64,000 nucleotides of DNA from contig CAYZJA010000001.1 in assembly GCA_964479005.1 (NCBI GenBank), forward strand, positions 224,001-288,000, written 5' to 3'. Shown piece after piece: positions 49,433 to 58,547 of this stretch. Source of the DNA: an uncultured Candidatus Saccharibacteria bacterium. Lineage in GTDB: Bacteria; Patescibacteriota; Minisyncoccia; UBA6257. The translations under genes and the position numbers were made by a program. How positions within the stretch are numbered: the stretch's first letter is position 1; every line of letters begins with the position of its first letter. The notes beneath the pieces were generated by a model, which saw only the letters and a list, made by a program, of their open reading frames with translations, was not told where the DNA came from and did no database searches.

Positions 49433-50875
49433 CTATACCCATCCTAACACCATTGCCAATCCCAAAACAAATATAATTAAACCAGTAATTAAGTGCAAAT
49501 ACCTTATGTTTTTATCTTTCCACCCACTAACATCTTCAATTTTTGCAAAACCAACATATATTATTAATGTTATCAGAATCATAGGTAAGATAAAAATCAA
49601 ATTATACAAAAGTAAGAAAGGTATTGTTTTAATTAACTCTAAAGTAGATAAAATACCACCTGCTATAACATAAGGACCTATTGTGCAAGGCAAAAGAAAA
49701 ACAGTTACGAAAAGACCAGTAATAAAAGCTCCCTTGGGACTAGTTATACCTGAAATTATTTTTTTAACTTTTGGTCTTATGCTAAGAGGCATTTCTGTTA
49801 AAAAACTACCAGCCTTGTATCTTATAGCATCTTTTATGTTTAAAATTCCTAAAATAATAGCGGCATAACCAAGAATCTTGTACAACAATACCCTAACATT
49901 AGTTAACGCTTCAATAAGTTGAAAAGATTTTATAATAACTAATCCATAAAATAAATACATAATAAAAACTGAACAAGCAAAGGCAAATCCAGCAAGTAGT
50001 ACATCTCTTTTTTTCTTTGGATTATAGGTTAAAATCGCTACTAACATTAAAGCCAAAACAGCCAAAGCGCAAGGATTTATCGCATCAACAACCGCAAGAG
50101 AAAGAATTTTTGTTAATGTGAGCTTTTTCCCCGGGACACTTTTGGAAGATATATCTATAACTGTAGATGTAGTATCTTTTTGTATATTCGCTTGTTGCAC
50201 ATCTCTATCTATCTCTTCTCCATTCCATTGAAAAATCCAACCATCTAATTGAATAGCATTATCAAAATATATCTTTTTTCCAGAAAGAAGAACTGGCCTT
50301 GGTTCTATAATCTCATAATTAATCTCTTCTGTATCTATAACAGAAGTAATATCGTCTATCGTTAATAATTCTTTTAATATCTCACTATCACCTTTTCCAC
50401 TAATCTTTATCAAAATCTTCTGATTTTTCCATATTTTTGGTTGGCCCTCCAAAGAAGTTATATCAAGATTATTAAAATCAACCGAAGAACCGTCTATTAA
50501 AGGACAGTTATTATTATCAAATTTATTAATTGTTCCGTTTATATTTTCAATAATTGGAGCGCCTCCAATAAGATAGTTGTCCTGATTAAATATTATTAAA
50601 GGTATACCTAGCCCAGAATGATATTCAGAATCGTATTCAAAAAGTAAAGGCGCATTTACTTGTTGCTGATAAATTTCATATTCTATTATAACTAAGTCAG
50701 GATATTCCCTTAATAAATCAATAAGAACAACTGGATCTGTTTTAGCGCAATACGAGCATCCAATCCCTGTAAAATAAACAGCGCAAATAGCGTTTTGCTC
50801 ATCTTTTGCTAAAGCAACTGGCAATAAGCTGCCAATAAATAATAACGTAAATACAATAAATAATAACTTCCTCAT
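49433..50875 (-). CDS. Thiol:disulfide interchange protein, thioredoxin-like domain fused to a DsbD/CcdA transmembrane domain
   Basis: A signal peptide, an N-terminal GCSYC CxxC motif, and C-terminal TM cysteines (NPCALAVLAL and LLPCTIGPY) are present. Confidence 0.65.
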   Translation of the reverse strand: MRKLLFIVFTLLFIGSLLPVALAKDEQNAICAVYFTGIGCSYCAKTDPVVLIDLLREYPDLVIIEYEIYQQQVNAPLLFEYDSEYHSGLGIPLIIFNQDNYLIGGAPIIENINGTINKFDNNNCPLIDGSSVDFNNLDITSLEGQPKIWKNQKILIKISGKGDSEILKELLTIDDITSVIDTEEINYEIIEPRPVLLSGKKIYFDNAIQLDGWIFQWNGEEIDRDVQQANIQKDTTSTVIDISSKSVPGKKLTLTKILSLAVVDAINPCALAVLALMLVAILTYNPKKKRDVLLAGFAFACSVFIMYLFYGLVIIKSFQLIEALTNVRVLLYKILGYAAIILGILNIKDAIRYKAGSFLTEMPLSIRPKVKKIISGITSPKGAFITGLFVTVFLLPCTIGPYVIAGGILSTLELIKTIPFLLLYNLIFILPMILITLIIYVGFAKIEDVSGWKDKNIRYLHLITGLIIFVLGLAMVLGWV

Positions 50876-50879
50876 TTTT

Positions 50880-51122
50880 TTAATTTCTTCTGTTAGAAAA
50901 TATTAATTTATAAACTGCAAAAGATATCCAAATAGCTTGAAGAATTAAAAAAGGAATACTGTTTAAAGCATAAGCATAATAAGCTAAAAGCCCTGCGCCA
51001 ATAATATTAAAGATGTTATAAATCAACGAATCTTGCGTAACTTTCTTAAATAAGTTTAGGGCAAAAGCAGTTAACAAAAATATCATTCCAATGGCTCCAA
51101 CTATGACAGCAAAATTAATCAT
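50880..51122 (-). CDS. Small membrane protein
   Basis: Three TM helices are present in an 80-aa product. Confidence 0.4.
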   Translation of the reverse strand: MINFAVIVGAIGMIFLLTAFALNLFKKVTQDSLIYNIFNIIGAGLLAYYAYALNSIPFLILQAIWISFAVYKLIFSNRRN

Positions 51123-51127
51123 CCAAA

Positions 51128-51586
51128 TTAATCTTCATCTTCATTAACTTTTTCTTTTTCCTTTTCCTCGGTTTCCTTCTTTATAATCCGCCAGTGAAAA
51201 AGGTACAATGGTAAACCAATTAAAATCAGGGATAAGTTCAAAGACGCATCTCGATGTCTTCGTGCCGTAATTGGATCAACTTTTGATCTACTTTCCTTCC
51301 AAGTATTATAATCAGCTAACCAACTTTCAATACCAGTCTTCTCTTCCTCAGAAAGACAGATATCTTTTCCTTCTTCTATATCCTGTTGTATATTTTCAAT
51401 TTTTAGAACTGAAAAAGGAGCTGGCATTTGTTTACTAAGAATTCTACTTTCTTCATCGGCTTGAGTAAAAATAAAAGCCTTAAGGCCCATGTTAAGAAAA
51501 TTAACACTACCAATAATCAAAAGGACTAAACCCAATAAAGCAAAAATATAAAGATAAATTGTTCTAACCAAGGTATATTTTTTCAT
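51128..51586 (-). CDS. Membrane-anchored hypothetical protein
   Basis: Two TM helices and an acidic C-terminus are present. Confidence 0.45.
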   Translation of the reverse strand: MKKYTLVRTIYLYIFALLGLVLLIIGSVNFLNMGLKAFIFTQADEESRILSKQMPAPFSVLKIENIQQDIEEGKDICLSEEEKTGIESWLADYNTWKESRSKVDPITARRHRDASLNLSLILIGLPLYLFHWRIIKKETEEKEKEKVNEDED

Positions 51587-51590
51587 ATAT

Positions 51591-52082
51591 TTAATCTATC
51601 GCCCCCATGCATCTCCAATTTATTGATGCTTCTTTTGTTATAACATCAATAACACACGCAGGATTACAACCTTCTTTTTCAATATCCAAATCTATCCACC
51701 AAGTCCCAGTATCTTGATTACATATACTAGGTTCTTTAAGCCTATCGCCGCATTCACTATTTATAGCAATTTGTTTGGCATCAGCCAAAGTTAATAATTC
51801 TTGTGTGTCTTTTTTGCTGCAAAATTCTTCTATGAATGTCCTGCCGCCAGATGTTTCACATTGGCGAGGATAAGATTCAAGAATAGGATTACCGGCCTCT
51901 ACACATTCTTTAAAAGTAATTAATTCGTCCACAGTATGATCATCATTAATAACAGAATCATTATTTCCTTCTGGTACTGTCCCAACATCAGGTGTTGATG
52001 TTGAATTATAAACCCAATAACCTAATATTGCGATTATTATTATGGCAAGAACCATGATTATTGTTTTATATGTTTTAGGCAT
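51591..52082 (-). CDS. Secreted cysteine-rich hypothetical protein
   Basis: An N-terminal anchor and about eight Cys residues are present. Confidence 0.45.
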   Translation of the reverse strand: MPKTYKTIIMVLAIIIIAILGYWVYNSTSTPDVGTVPEGNNDSVINDDHTVDELITFKECVEAGNPILESYPRQCETSGGRTFIEEFCSKKDTQELLTLADAKQIAINSECGDRLKEPSICNQDTGTWWIDLDIEKEGCNPACVIDVITKEASINWRCMGAID

Positions 52083-52117
52083 AGTATTTTAGTTTATTAA
52101 TTTTAACCCTTTATCTA

Positions 52118-52882
52118 TTATTTATCTTTTTCTCCTCTTAGTAAACTTTTACCAAATCCCTCAAAAGATCTCAAAATTTCTAAAGGTACGGCAAAAATAA
52201 TGGTATTTGACTGATCAGAGCTCAAATCATTAATTGATTGAAGGGTTCTTAAATGAAGAGCGCCATTAGCTGATGATAATACGCCAGCAGCTTTAGCCAT
52301 ATTGTTTGCGGCAATTACCTCCCCTTCTGCTTTAATAATTATCGCCCTTTTCTCTCTTTCTGCTTCAGCTTGTTTACCAATTACTCTCTTCATTTCTTCT
52401 GGTAAGGTTATGTCTTTTAACTCAACGTTATTAACTTGAATCCCCCAAGGATCAGAAGCTTTATCAATAATACTTCTTATGTTTTCTGAAACTCTATCTC
52501 TTTGAGAAAGAAGTCCGTCTAAATCCACTTGACCTACAGCATCCCGCATTGTTGTTTGAGCTAATTGAGAAATAGCATAGTAAAAATTCTCTACCTCTAA
52601 AATTGCTTTATCAGCTTCTCTAACTTTATAATAAATAACTGCGTTTACACTAACTGAAATATTGTCTTTTGTAATCGCCTCTTGATTTGGCACATCCACT
52701 GCTTTTACTCTTAAATCTACTTTCTTGTAAGACTGAACAATTGGCCAAACCAATCTCCAACCAGGATTCATTAAACCAGCATATTTTCCGAACATAAACC
52801 TAATCCCTCTTTCATATTGGTTTATCTGCCTAATTGAAGATAAAAAGATAATAACGATTGCTACAATAATTATATTTGCCAT
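52118..52882 (-). CDS. SPFH/Band 7 (stomatin-like) protein
   Basis: An N-terminal TM helix plus the SPFH domain pattern is present. Confidence 0.8.
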   Translation of the reverse strand: MANIIIVAIVIIFLSSIRQINQYERGIRFMFGKYAGLMNPGWRLVWPIVQSYKKVDLRVKAVDVPNQEAITKDNISVSVNAVIYYKVREADKAILEVENFYYAISQLAQTTMRDAVGQVDLDGLLSQRDRVSENIRSIIDKASDPWGIQVNNVELKDITLPEEMKRVIGKQAEAEREKRAIIIKAEGEVIAANNMAKAAGVLSSANGALHLRTLQSINDLSSDQSNTIIFAVPLEILRSFEGFGKSLLRGEKDK

Positions 52883-53091
52883 ATTTTTTAAATTAATTTA
52901 ATGTTTAGACCTTTCATATATTCTACCCCTTCGGCAGGCTCAGGGCAAGCAAAAAATCTATGTTTATGGAAATTAAAAATCTTAAATAGTATTAGTCCTA
53001 TCCAAGAACTCGGTCCCCAATGGAATGGTGTAAATGGCATACTTTTTCCTTTATTTTATTAAATGCTACCAAAAAAAAACTGGTAGATAAT

Positions 53092-53772
53092 TTAATCTGT
53101 GTATCGTTTTTTAATATAACTTAAAATCTCTAAAGCCCCATGACGATTGCCTCTCCCAACTGGAAAGTAACAAGGCAAAACTTTGTATATCTTACCTAAA
53201 ACATTAACTGATTGAATGGGCTGATAAGAATTACCTCTGATTCTTTCCAAACAATCTTTTAGACGAATGTCTTTGCCTGCTATCATCCTTACAGGAAGCT
53301 TTCCAAAGGCAATAATATATTTTGGCAGAACTATATTTATTTCTTTTTGTAATAAGAGAAAATCTTGCTTCATTATATCTTTACTGGGGCTATCTGGATT
53401 ATATTTAGTACATTTAACTAAATTAGTGATATAGACATTATTATTTATCAAACTTTGCTCAATCCTACTTTCATCATGAATCTGCCATCCTTTTTTGTAA
53501 ATATCATCTATTATTTTTTTATCTAAAAAACCTGCTTCTGATAAAAAACGGTAGAAATAACGAACTCCTATAAAAGGATATCTTCTCTTTCCTTTATAAT
53601 CTTTATGACTTGATAGATTAAGATGGGTTGGATTAATAAAAAGAAAAAGAAATTGGGGATTTTGGAATTTACCACCACCTAAAATATGTAAAAGTGGATT
53701 ATTTTCCTTTTTACACCTCTTACAATTATCAAATTCCTTATAAATCTTTGATAACTTTTGTGGAATTTTCAT
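53092..53772 (-). CDS. Divergent uracil-DNA glycosylase superfamily protein
   Basis: CKRCKK, FLFINPT and NVYITNLVKC parallel the family 4/5 UDG motifs (GEAPG, ITNxVKC). Confidence 0.5.
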   Translation of the reverse strand: MKIPQKLSKIYKEFDNCKRCKKENNPLLHILGGGKFQNPQFLFLFINPTHLNLSSHKDYKGKRRYPFIGVRYFYRFLSEAGFLDKKIIDDIYKKGWQIHDESRIEQSLINNNVYITNLVKCTKYNPDSPSKDIMKQDFLLLQKEINIVLPKYIIAFGKLPVRMIAGKDIRLKDCLERIRGNSYQPIQSVNVLGKIYKVLPCYFPVGRGNRHGALEILSYIKKRYTD

Positions 53773-53790
53773 ATTATTTGTATTCTATCA

Positions 53791-53816
53791 AAAAATCGCC
53801 TTTAAGGCGATTTTTG
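53791..53816 (-). terminator. Terminator-like palindrome overlapping a downstream TGATAGAAT promoter
   Basis: An AAAAATCGCC-TTTAA-GGCGATTTTT perfect palindrome sits between relE-like and UDG-like genes. Confidence 0.5.
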
Positions 53817-53833
53817 TTAACTTGAGTTACTAT

Positions 53834-54076
53834 CTATCTCTTTTTATAAATTTTACTGCTTCTATGTTCTATGCTTAAAATCTTTATAGAGTCATCTGTT
53901 TTGTAAATAATAATACGCATATCGCCTTTACGAATACGAAAAATATCCTTTCTTCCTTTTAATTTTTTCAAGTCTAAATTGCGAAAGTTATTTCTTTCTA
54001 TCCGAAGAAGAATACTCTTGAGTTTTTGTCTTTCTTTAAACCCTAATTTATTTAATGCTTTCTCAATCTTATCCAT
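53834..54076 (-). CDS. RelE/ParE-family toxin
   Basis: DIFRIRKGDMRIIIYKTDDSIKILSIEHR matches the YRIIY-type RelE/ParE core. Confidence 0.7.
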   Translation of the reverse strand: MDKIEKALNKLGFKERQKLKSILLRIERNNFRNLDLKKLKGRKDIFRIRKGDMRIIIYKTDDSIKILSIEHRSSKIYKKR

Positions 54077-54085
54077 GAAGTATAG

Positions 54086-54298
54086 TTATAGGCGTTGAAG
54101 CAATTCTTTCAGACTAATTCCTCCTTTTTTAATTTTAGTAAAGTCTATCACTTCTTCCCAATACTCTTCGTCAATTGGAGAAATTTTAAATAATGGTTTT
54201 GACTTTTTAAAAACCATAAAAGAGTGCCCTCTTTTAACTTTTTGGGCATATTCTTGCATATTTTCTCTCAAACTTTTAAGATTAATGATATTTTCCAT
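54086..54298 (-). CDS. Cognate antitoxin (Phd/YefM-like)
   Basis: A 70-aa ORF 9 nt upstream of the toxin gene on the same strand. Confidence 0.55.
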   Translation of the reverse strand: MENIINLKSLRENMQEYAQKVKRGHSFMVFKKSKPLFKISPIDEEYWEEVIDFTKIKKGGISLKELLQRL

Positions 54299-54410
54299 AA
54301 TTATAAGTTAAACTTAAACTTACCTTAAGTTTACCTTATTAAAATGCTTTGTCAAGTTTTTATTATTAAGTGTATTGAACTATAAAATGTACAAATTAAA
54401 TTGTCTGGCA

Positions 54411-55007
54411 TTATTTAAATTTTTTTAAAATTTGAAAATCCTTTTGTAAAACTTCTTTCATATTTGGATTGTAAGTTGCTACAGCTGGATGGTAGAATGG
54501 AATAATTTTTATACTTTGGAAAAGAATTTTTGCTTCAAAAACTTTTCCGTGAATTTTGCTAATTGGTTCAATTACATCCTTCAAGCCAAACTTCTCCATT
54601 AAAAATTCCATTGAATATCTACCCAAAGAACAAATAACTTTTGGCTTAATCATTTCAATTTGTCTTTCTATATAAGGAACACAAGCTTCAATTTCTTCTT
54701 TCTGAGGGTCACGATTTTCAGGAGGTCTGTCTTTTAAAATATTGGTAATGTAAACATTTCCTCTTTTGATACTGACTGAATCCAAAAGGTCATCCAAAAT
54801 TCTTCCTGCTGCTCCACAGAAAGGTCGGCCAGTTTTAGCCTCCTGGAGTCCTGGCGCTTCACCAATAAATATTATTTTTGCTTGATGATTTCCTTCCCCA
54901 ATTACTGGATAGAATCCACTTTTAATCCGTTCTTCATAAAGAGAGCATTTTTTGCAATTTATAACCTCGTCCCTAATTTTTCTAAGCTCTGTTTCTAAAT
55001 CTTTCAT
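54411..55007 (-). CDS. Family 4 uracil-DNA glycosylase
   Basis: CKKC, GEAPG, PFCGAAG, YITNILK and HPA motifs are present. Confidence 0.85.
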   Translation of the reverse strand: MKDLETELRKIRDEVINCKKCSLYEERIKSGFYPVIGEGNHQAKIIFIGEAPGLQEAKTGRPFCGAAGRILDDLLDSVSIKRGNVYITNILKDRPPENRDPQKEEIEACVPYIERQIEMIKPKVICSLGRYSMEFLMEKFGLKDVIEPISKIHGKVFEAKILFQSIKIIPFYHPAVATYNPNMKEVLQKDFQILKKFK

Positions 55008-55042
55008 AATTTAATTAAACTTTAATTGTTTCTCCTGCTTTT

Positions 55043-55231
55043 TTATTGACTCCTCTTTTTGCCAATAGAAATGCCTAACCAGATACCAAGACCAAATAGT
55101 TCAATACCACCTAATATGGCATCGATTGTTGGTGAAAAAAAGTAACCTGTGTCGGACATTAAAAATCCAATTAATTGGACAATAACTATAACCACTATAA
55201 TTGCTATTATGATGCATGTTTGTTTTTTCAT
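55043..55231 (-). CDS. Small membrane protein
   Basis: Two TM helices are present. An upstream extended -10 TGATATAAT is also present. Confidence 0.4.
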   Translation of the reverse strand: MKKQTCIIIAIIVVIVIVQLIGFLMSDTGYFFSPTIDAILGGIELFGLGIWLGISIGKKRSQ

Positions 55232-55280
55232 AACTAAATTATATCACAAATTTGGGTCGGCGACCGAATTAGATAGCTCC

Positions 55281-55308
55281 GGGAACTGGACGATGTTAGA
55301 ACCTGTTT
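55281..55308 (-). promoter_or_regulatory. Conserved upstream motif (GGTTCTAACATCGTCCAGTTCCC on the minus strand)
   Basis: The motif is shared with 57613-57640 and partially with 57011-57027. It has the same core as the GTTCCAACATCGTTCC sites near 17-18 kb. Confidence 0.5.
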
Positions 55309-55375
55309 TATGTAGAAAAACGGGACCACCAAATTTCGTGCCAGCGAAACTAGCACGCTGCAGTTCCCCACTAAA

Positions 55376-56152
55376 TCACTTAATTATAAGAGGACCAATT
55401 TCTTCAGTAATGAACGGCGTTGACTCACTGAAATTATCTCTATTTATTAAAAGGAATGAGTTAGCAACTCTTTTACTTTCTCTGTCAAACTCAATTACTA
55501 TCAAATTTTGACTGTAAATTCTGATAACAGTTTTATTTGAGTTTAGTCCCAATAAAACGAAGGATTTCTGATTTAATGCTTCGCTCCTCCCCATATTGAA
55601 CGCAATTGAAAGTAAAACAAGAGATAGAAATAAGAATTGAAAAATTGAACGACCTATTTTTTCAATTATTCTACTGAACAAATCATTGGATATAACTTCT
55701 CTTTCAATTTTTTCTTGTGCTAAAAATTTTTCTTCCAATGTTTTTTTATCTTTTTGGAAAATAAATGGCCACAAAAACTCAATCATTAAAAGAACTGCTG
55801 CCACAATTAAAAGCCATAACGATTGTTTCCATGCTGTTTTGTAGATTAAAACCATAATAACTGCGTACGCCGTATACATTAAAGCAAAATTTCTACTTCT
55901 GCCAAGAGCCGTTTTAGTATTTAATAATCCCATTTGTGAAAAGATATTAAGCACAGTCAATAATAAAAACATCATTCCTAAGGTTGCTACCGCAGCAATT
56001 AAGATATTTGTTAAATTTAACTCTATTAATTGTGTAGGAATATGAAAATAACTTAAATATCCATACTCATAAAAGAAGGCCATCAAATAACCAAGTAATG
56101 AAGAGATTGCGACTAAGACAGCACCTGAAATAAAATTATAATTTTTATTCAT
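55376..56152 (-). CDS. Polytopic membrane protein
   Basis: Six TM helices are predicted. Confidence 0.5.
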   Translation of the reverse strand: MNKNYNFISGAVLVAISSLLGYLMAFFYEYGYLSYFHIPTQLIELNLTNILIAAVATLGMMFLLLTVLNIFSQMGLLNTKTALGRSRNFALMYTAYAVIMVLIYKTAWKQSLWLLIVAAVLLMIEFLWPFIFQKDKKTLEEKFLAQEKIEREVISNDLFSRIIEKIGRSIFQFLFLSLVLLSIAFNMGRSEALNQKSFVLLGLNSNKTVIRIYSQNLIVIEFDRESKRVANSFLLINRDNFSESTPFITEEIGPLIIK

Positions 56153-56240
56153 TGTCTAAGATTGAATATTGGATAATTTTTTAACTAGCCTATCATTTAA
56201 TAAAAATCTTCAAATTATAGTTATGTATTTAACCAATTAA

Positions 56241-56945
56241 CTATATAAATAGAATTCCGGATAAATATTGAGCTAGCATGAACAATAAACAAGAGATCAA
56301 AATCATTATATTTAATACCTTAATCGTTTTTATTATATTCAGACTAAATAATATACTAAGAAAAGTATAATAAGACATGTAAAGCATGACTAATAGAGAA
56401 TAAAAAGGTTTACCGAGTATAAGGATTGTAAATATGTAGCCTAAGACGCCAGCCATTATGTCTAAAAGTATCAAAATTAGTTTTTTCTTTTGTGGATACG
56501 CTAGTTGTAATTTAAGAGCGAAGTATACAAGAAAATAAACAGTTATAATAGCTATAGCAACTGAATTATAAAGGAAAATTAATCTTAATTCATTAGCAAA
56601 AACACTCTTTATAAATGAAAACAAACTACCTAAGAATATAATAATTCCAATACTTAATATTATGCCACCGATTGCATTCTCAAAAAGATTATCGACTGAG
56701 GTTTTGGCATATCTAATCCAGAAATCAATAATGCAGTAGCCAATAAGTAACCCAAAAATTAACAGCAACAGGCATTGCAACATTCTCAGCGATTCAGTTT
56801 GATACTGATTTATTTGTAGAAATAAACTAGCTATGATGCCTGTAAATCCAATTATATCTATTAGCCATTTTCTATCAGAATAATATAATTTGAAGATTTC
56901 TTTTGGTCTAGATATTATTTCTCCCATTTTCTCATCACGTCTCAT
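56241..56945 (-). CDS. Polytopic membrane protein
   Basis: Six TM helices are predicted. Confidence 0.5.
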   Translation of the reverse strand: MRRDEKMGEIISRPKEIFKLYYSDRKWLIDIIGFTGIIASLFLQINQYQTESLRMLQCLLLLIFGLLIGYCIIDFWIRYAKTSVDNLFENAIGGIILSIGIIIFLGSLFSFIKSVFANELRLIFLYNSVAIAIITVYFLVYFALKLQLAYPQKKKLILILLDIMAGVLGYIFTILILGKPFYSLLVMLYMSYYTFLSILFSLNIIKTIKVLNIMILISCLLFMLAQYLSGILFI

Positions 56946-57034
56946 ATAATTTATATTAATTGATTAAAATCATTCTAATTTCTTATTTATAATCACCTAT
57001 TGGAATAAACAATGTTAGAACCTGTTTAGTGGAT

Positions 57035-57565
57035 TCAATTTAAAATTTGTCCTAAACCTTTCCAGGCTTTCAGTAAAAAATTAATTAATCCTAAATAATA
57101 TTCACTCAAAAGAAAACCAAAAAGAACACTGAGAATTGCGACTTTAATTATTAAGTGAATATTCTTAAGTTCTTGCTCTTGTTTTTCTGTCTTATATCCT
57201 CTTTTTTTATAATCAAATAACTCCGGCTTCACTTTTAACATTAGTCCGTAAATTTTTTCAAATTCTTCTTCTATCCAGTTAAACCTATCAATATCTTTCT
57301 GCACTTCTCCAAAATCAGGTATAGCTACTGAATGTTTAGTTATTTTTTCCACTAATTCCTGGTCAATAAGAAACTTAACTGTATAAACAACATCCTCTAA
57401 TGGCTCTAACGAATTTTTATTATATTTGTGAAGAGGAAGTCCCTCTTTTAATTCTTTTTCTACAAAATAATTTAAACCTTCTTCATTCAATAAACGATAA
57501 ACAAGGGCTTCTCTTTTTTCTAATAATAAATTAATAAAATCTTCGTTTATCTTCATATTATCCAT
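57035..57565 (-). CDS. Hypothetical protein with a C-terminal TM anchor
   Basis: The start ATG is directly abutted by a GGTAGAAT extended -10-like motif. Confidence 0.5.
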   Translation of the reverse strand: MDNMKINEDFINLLLEKREALVYRLLNEEGLNYFVEKELKEGLPLHKYNKNSLEPLEDVVYTVKFLIDQELVEKITKHSVAIPDFGEVQKDIDRFNWIEEEFEKIYGLMLKVKPELFDYKKRGYKTEKQEQELKNIHLIIKVAILSVLFGFLLSEYYLGLINFLLKAWKGLGQILN

Positions 57566-57684
57566 ATTCTACCAAAAAACCGCCTCTTTTACGAGACGAT
57601 TCTTCTTAAAAAAATCCGCTCTGGGAACTGGACGATGTTAGAACCTGTTTTGGATAATAAAAATCTACAACATATAGTAAATCT

Positions 57685-58002
57685 TCAATTATCTTTGGGA
57701 ATTTTTATTGTCTTTTTCCCTCTTTCCTTTCTCTTTTTTTTTGACTTTCTTCCACTCAATGCCCATTCAAGCCATTCTTTTTTCTCTATTCCAGACTGCC
57801 TGATCATTGTTCTAAGAGTTAATTCTGGATAAGACTTCGCATTTGTATTAAAATTTATTTCTACTATTTTATCATCTCCACTACTAATCCAAACCTTCCA
57901 ATCATCATGAGAACCATCTTTAGATTTAAAAAAACTAAAACCGTGAGATTTTAGAAAATTAATAACATCTTTATATGACCAATTACGAAATCTTCTTGGC
58001 AT
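57685..58002 (-). CDS. HicA-like toxin (YcfA family)
   Basis: KDVINFLKSHGFSF...DGSHDDW and the C-terminal TLRTMIRQSGI parallel the HicA consensus. Confidence 0.55.
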   Translation of the reverse strand: MPRRFRNWSYKDVINFLKSHGFSFFKSKDGSHDDWKVWISSGDDKIVEINFNTNAKSYPELTLRTMIRQSGIEKKEWLEWALSGRKSKKKRKERGKKTIKIPKDN

Positions 58003-58011
58003 AACTTAAAA

Positions 58012-58374
58012 TTAAGCCAAACAACCAACCAAAGCAGGAATGGAGTTAGGGTTGTATTTAAGTTGCTTAGCCGATTCCAACCTGACTCGTGTAAGCTTTT
58101 GTTCTTTAATCTTTTTCTGAAATTCAAAATATTTATCCCAAAACTCTTGGGGTGCATAACGATTTAGTAAATCATCAGAAAGTTGTTTTCTGCAAACAGT
58201 TTTAAGATGAAGAATAGCTGCCTCTTCTACACTTTTCATTACTTCAATTGAGTTGTCACCTTCTTCAATAATATCAAAAGTAAGACAGACTCCAACGAAT
58301 TTATCTCCACTTGAATAACCAAAAAATTCCATTAAACCTCTTCGTTTAGTGTTTTTAGGTCTCAATATTTTCAT
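58012..58374 (-). CDS. HicB-like antitoxin (UPF0150-like)
   Basis: YSSGDKFVGVCLTFDIIEEGDNSIEVMKSVEEAAILHL resembles the HicB N-terminal fold. It sits immediately upstream of the HicA-like gene. Confidence 0.5.
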   Translation of the reverse strand: MKILRPKNTKRRGLMEFFGYSSGDKFVGVCLTFDIIEEGDNSIEVMKSVEEAAILHLKTVCRKQLSDDLLNRYAPQEFWDKYFEFQKKIKEQKLTRVRLESAKQLKYNPNSIPALVGCLA

Positions 58375-58547
58375 TTTTAAAAATTAATTAAAATAGATTG
58401 TTTAAAGTATAACAATACAAGTCAATAAGTCAATATCTGATAAATCGTCAGAAAATGTCCTTAAGAAGGTATGGCTGGACGAAGTTAGAATTCATATTTC
58501 TTTAGGATTCCAATTTCCATCTTTATCGAAATCACTTGTTCAAATAT

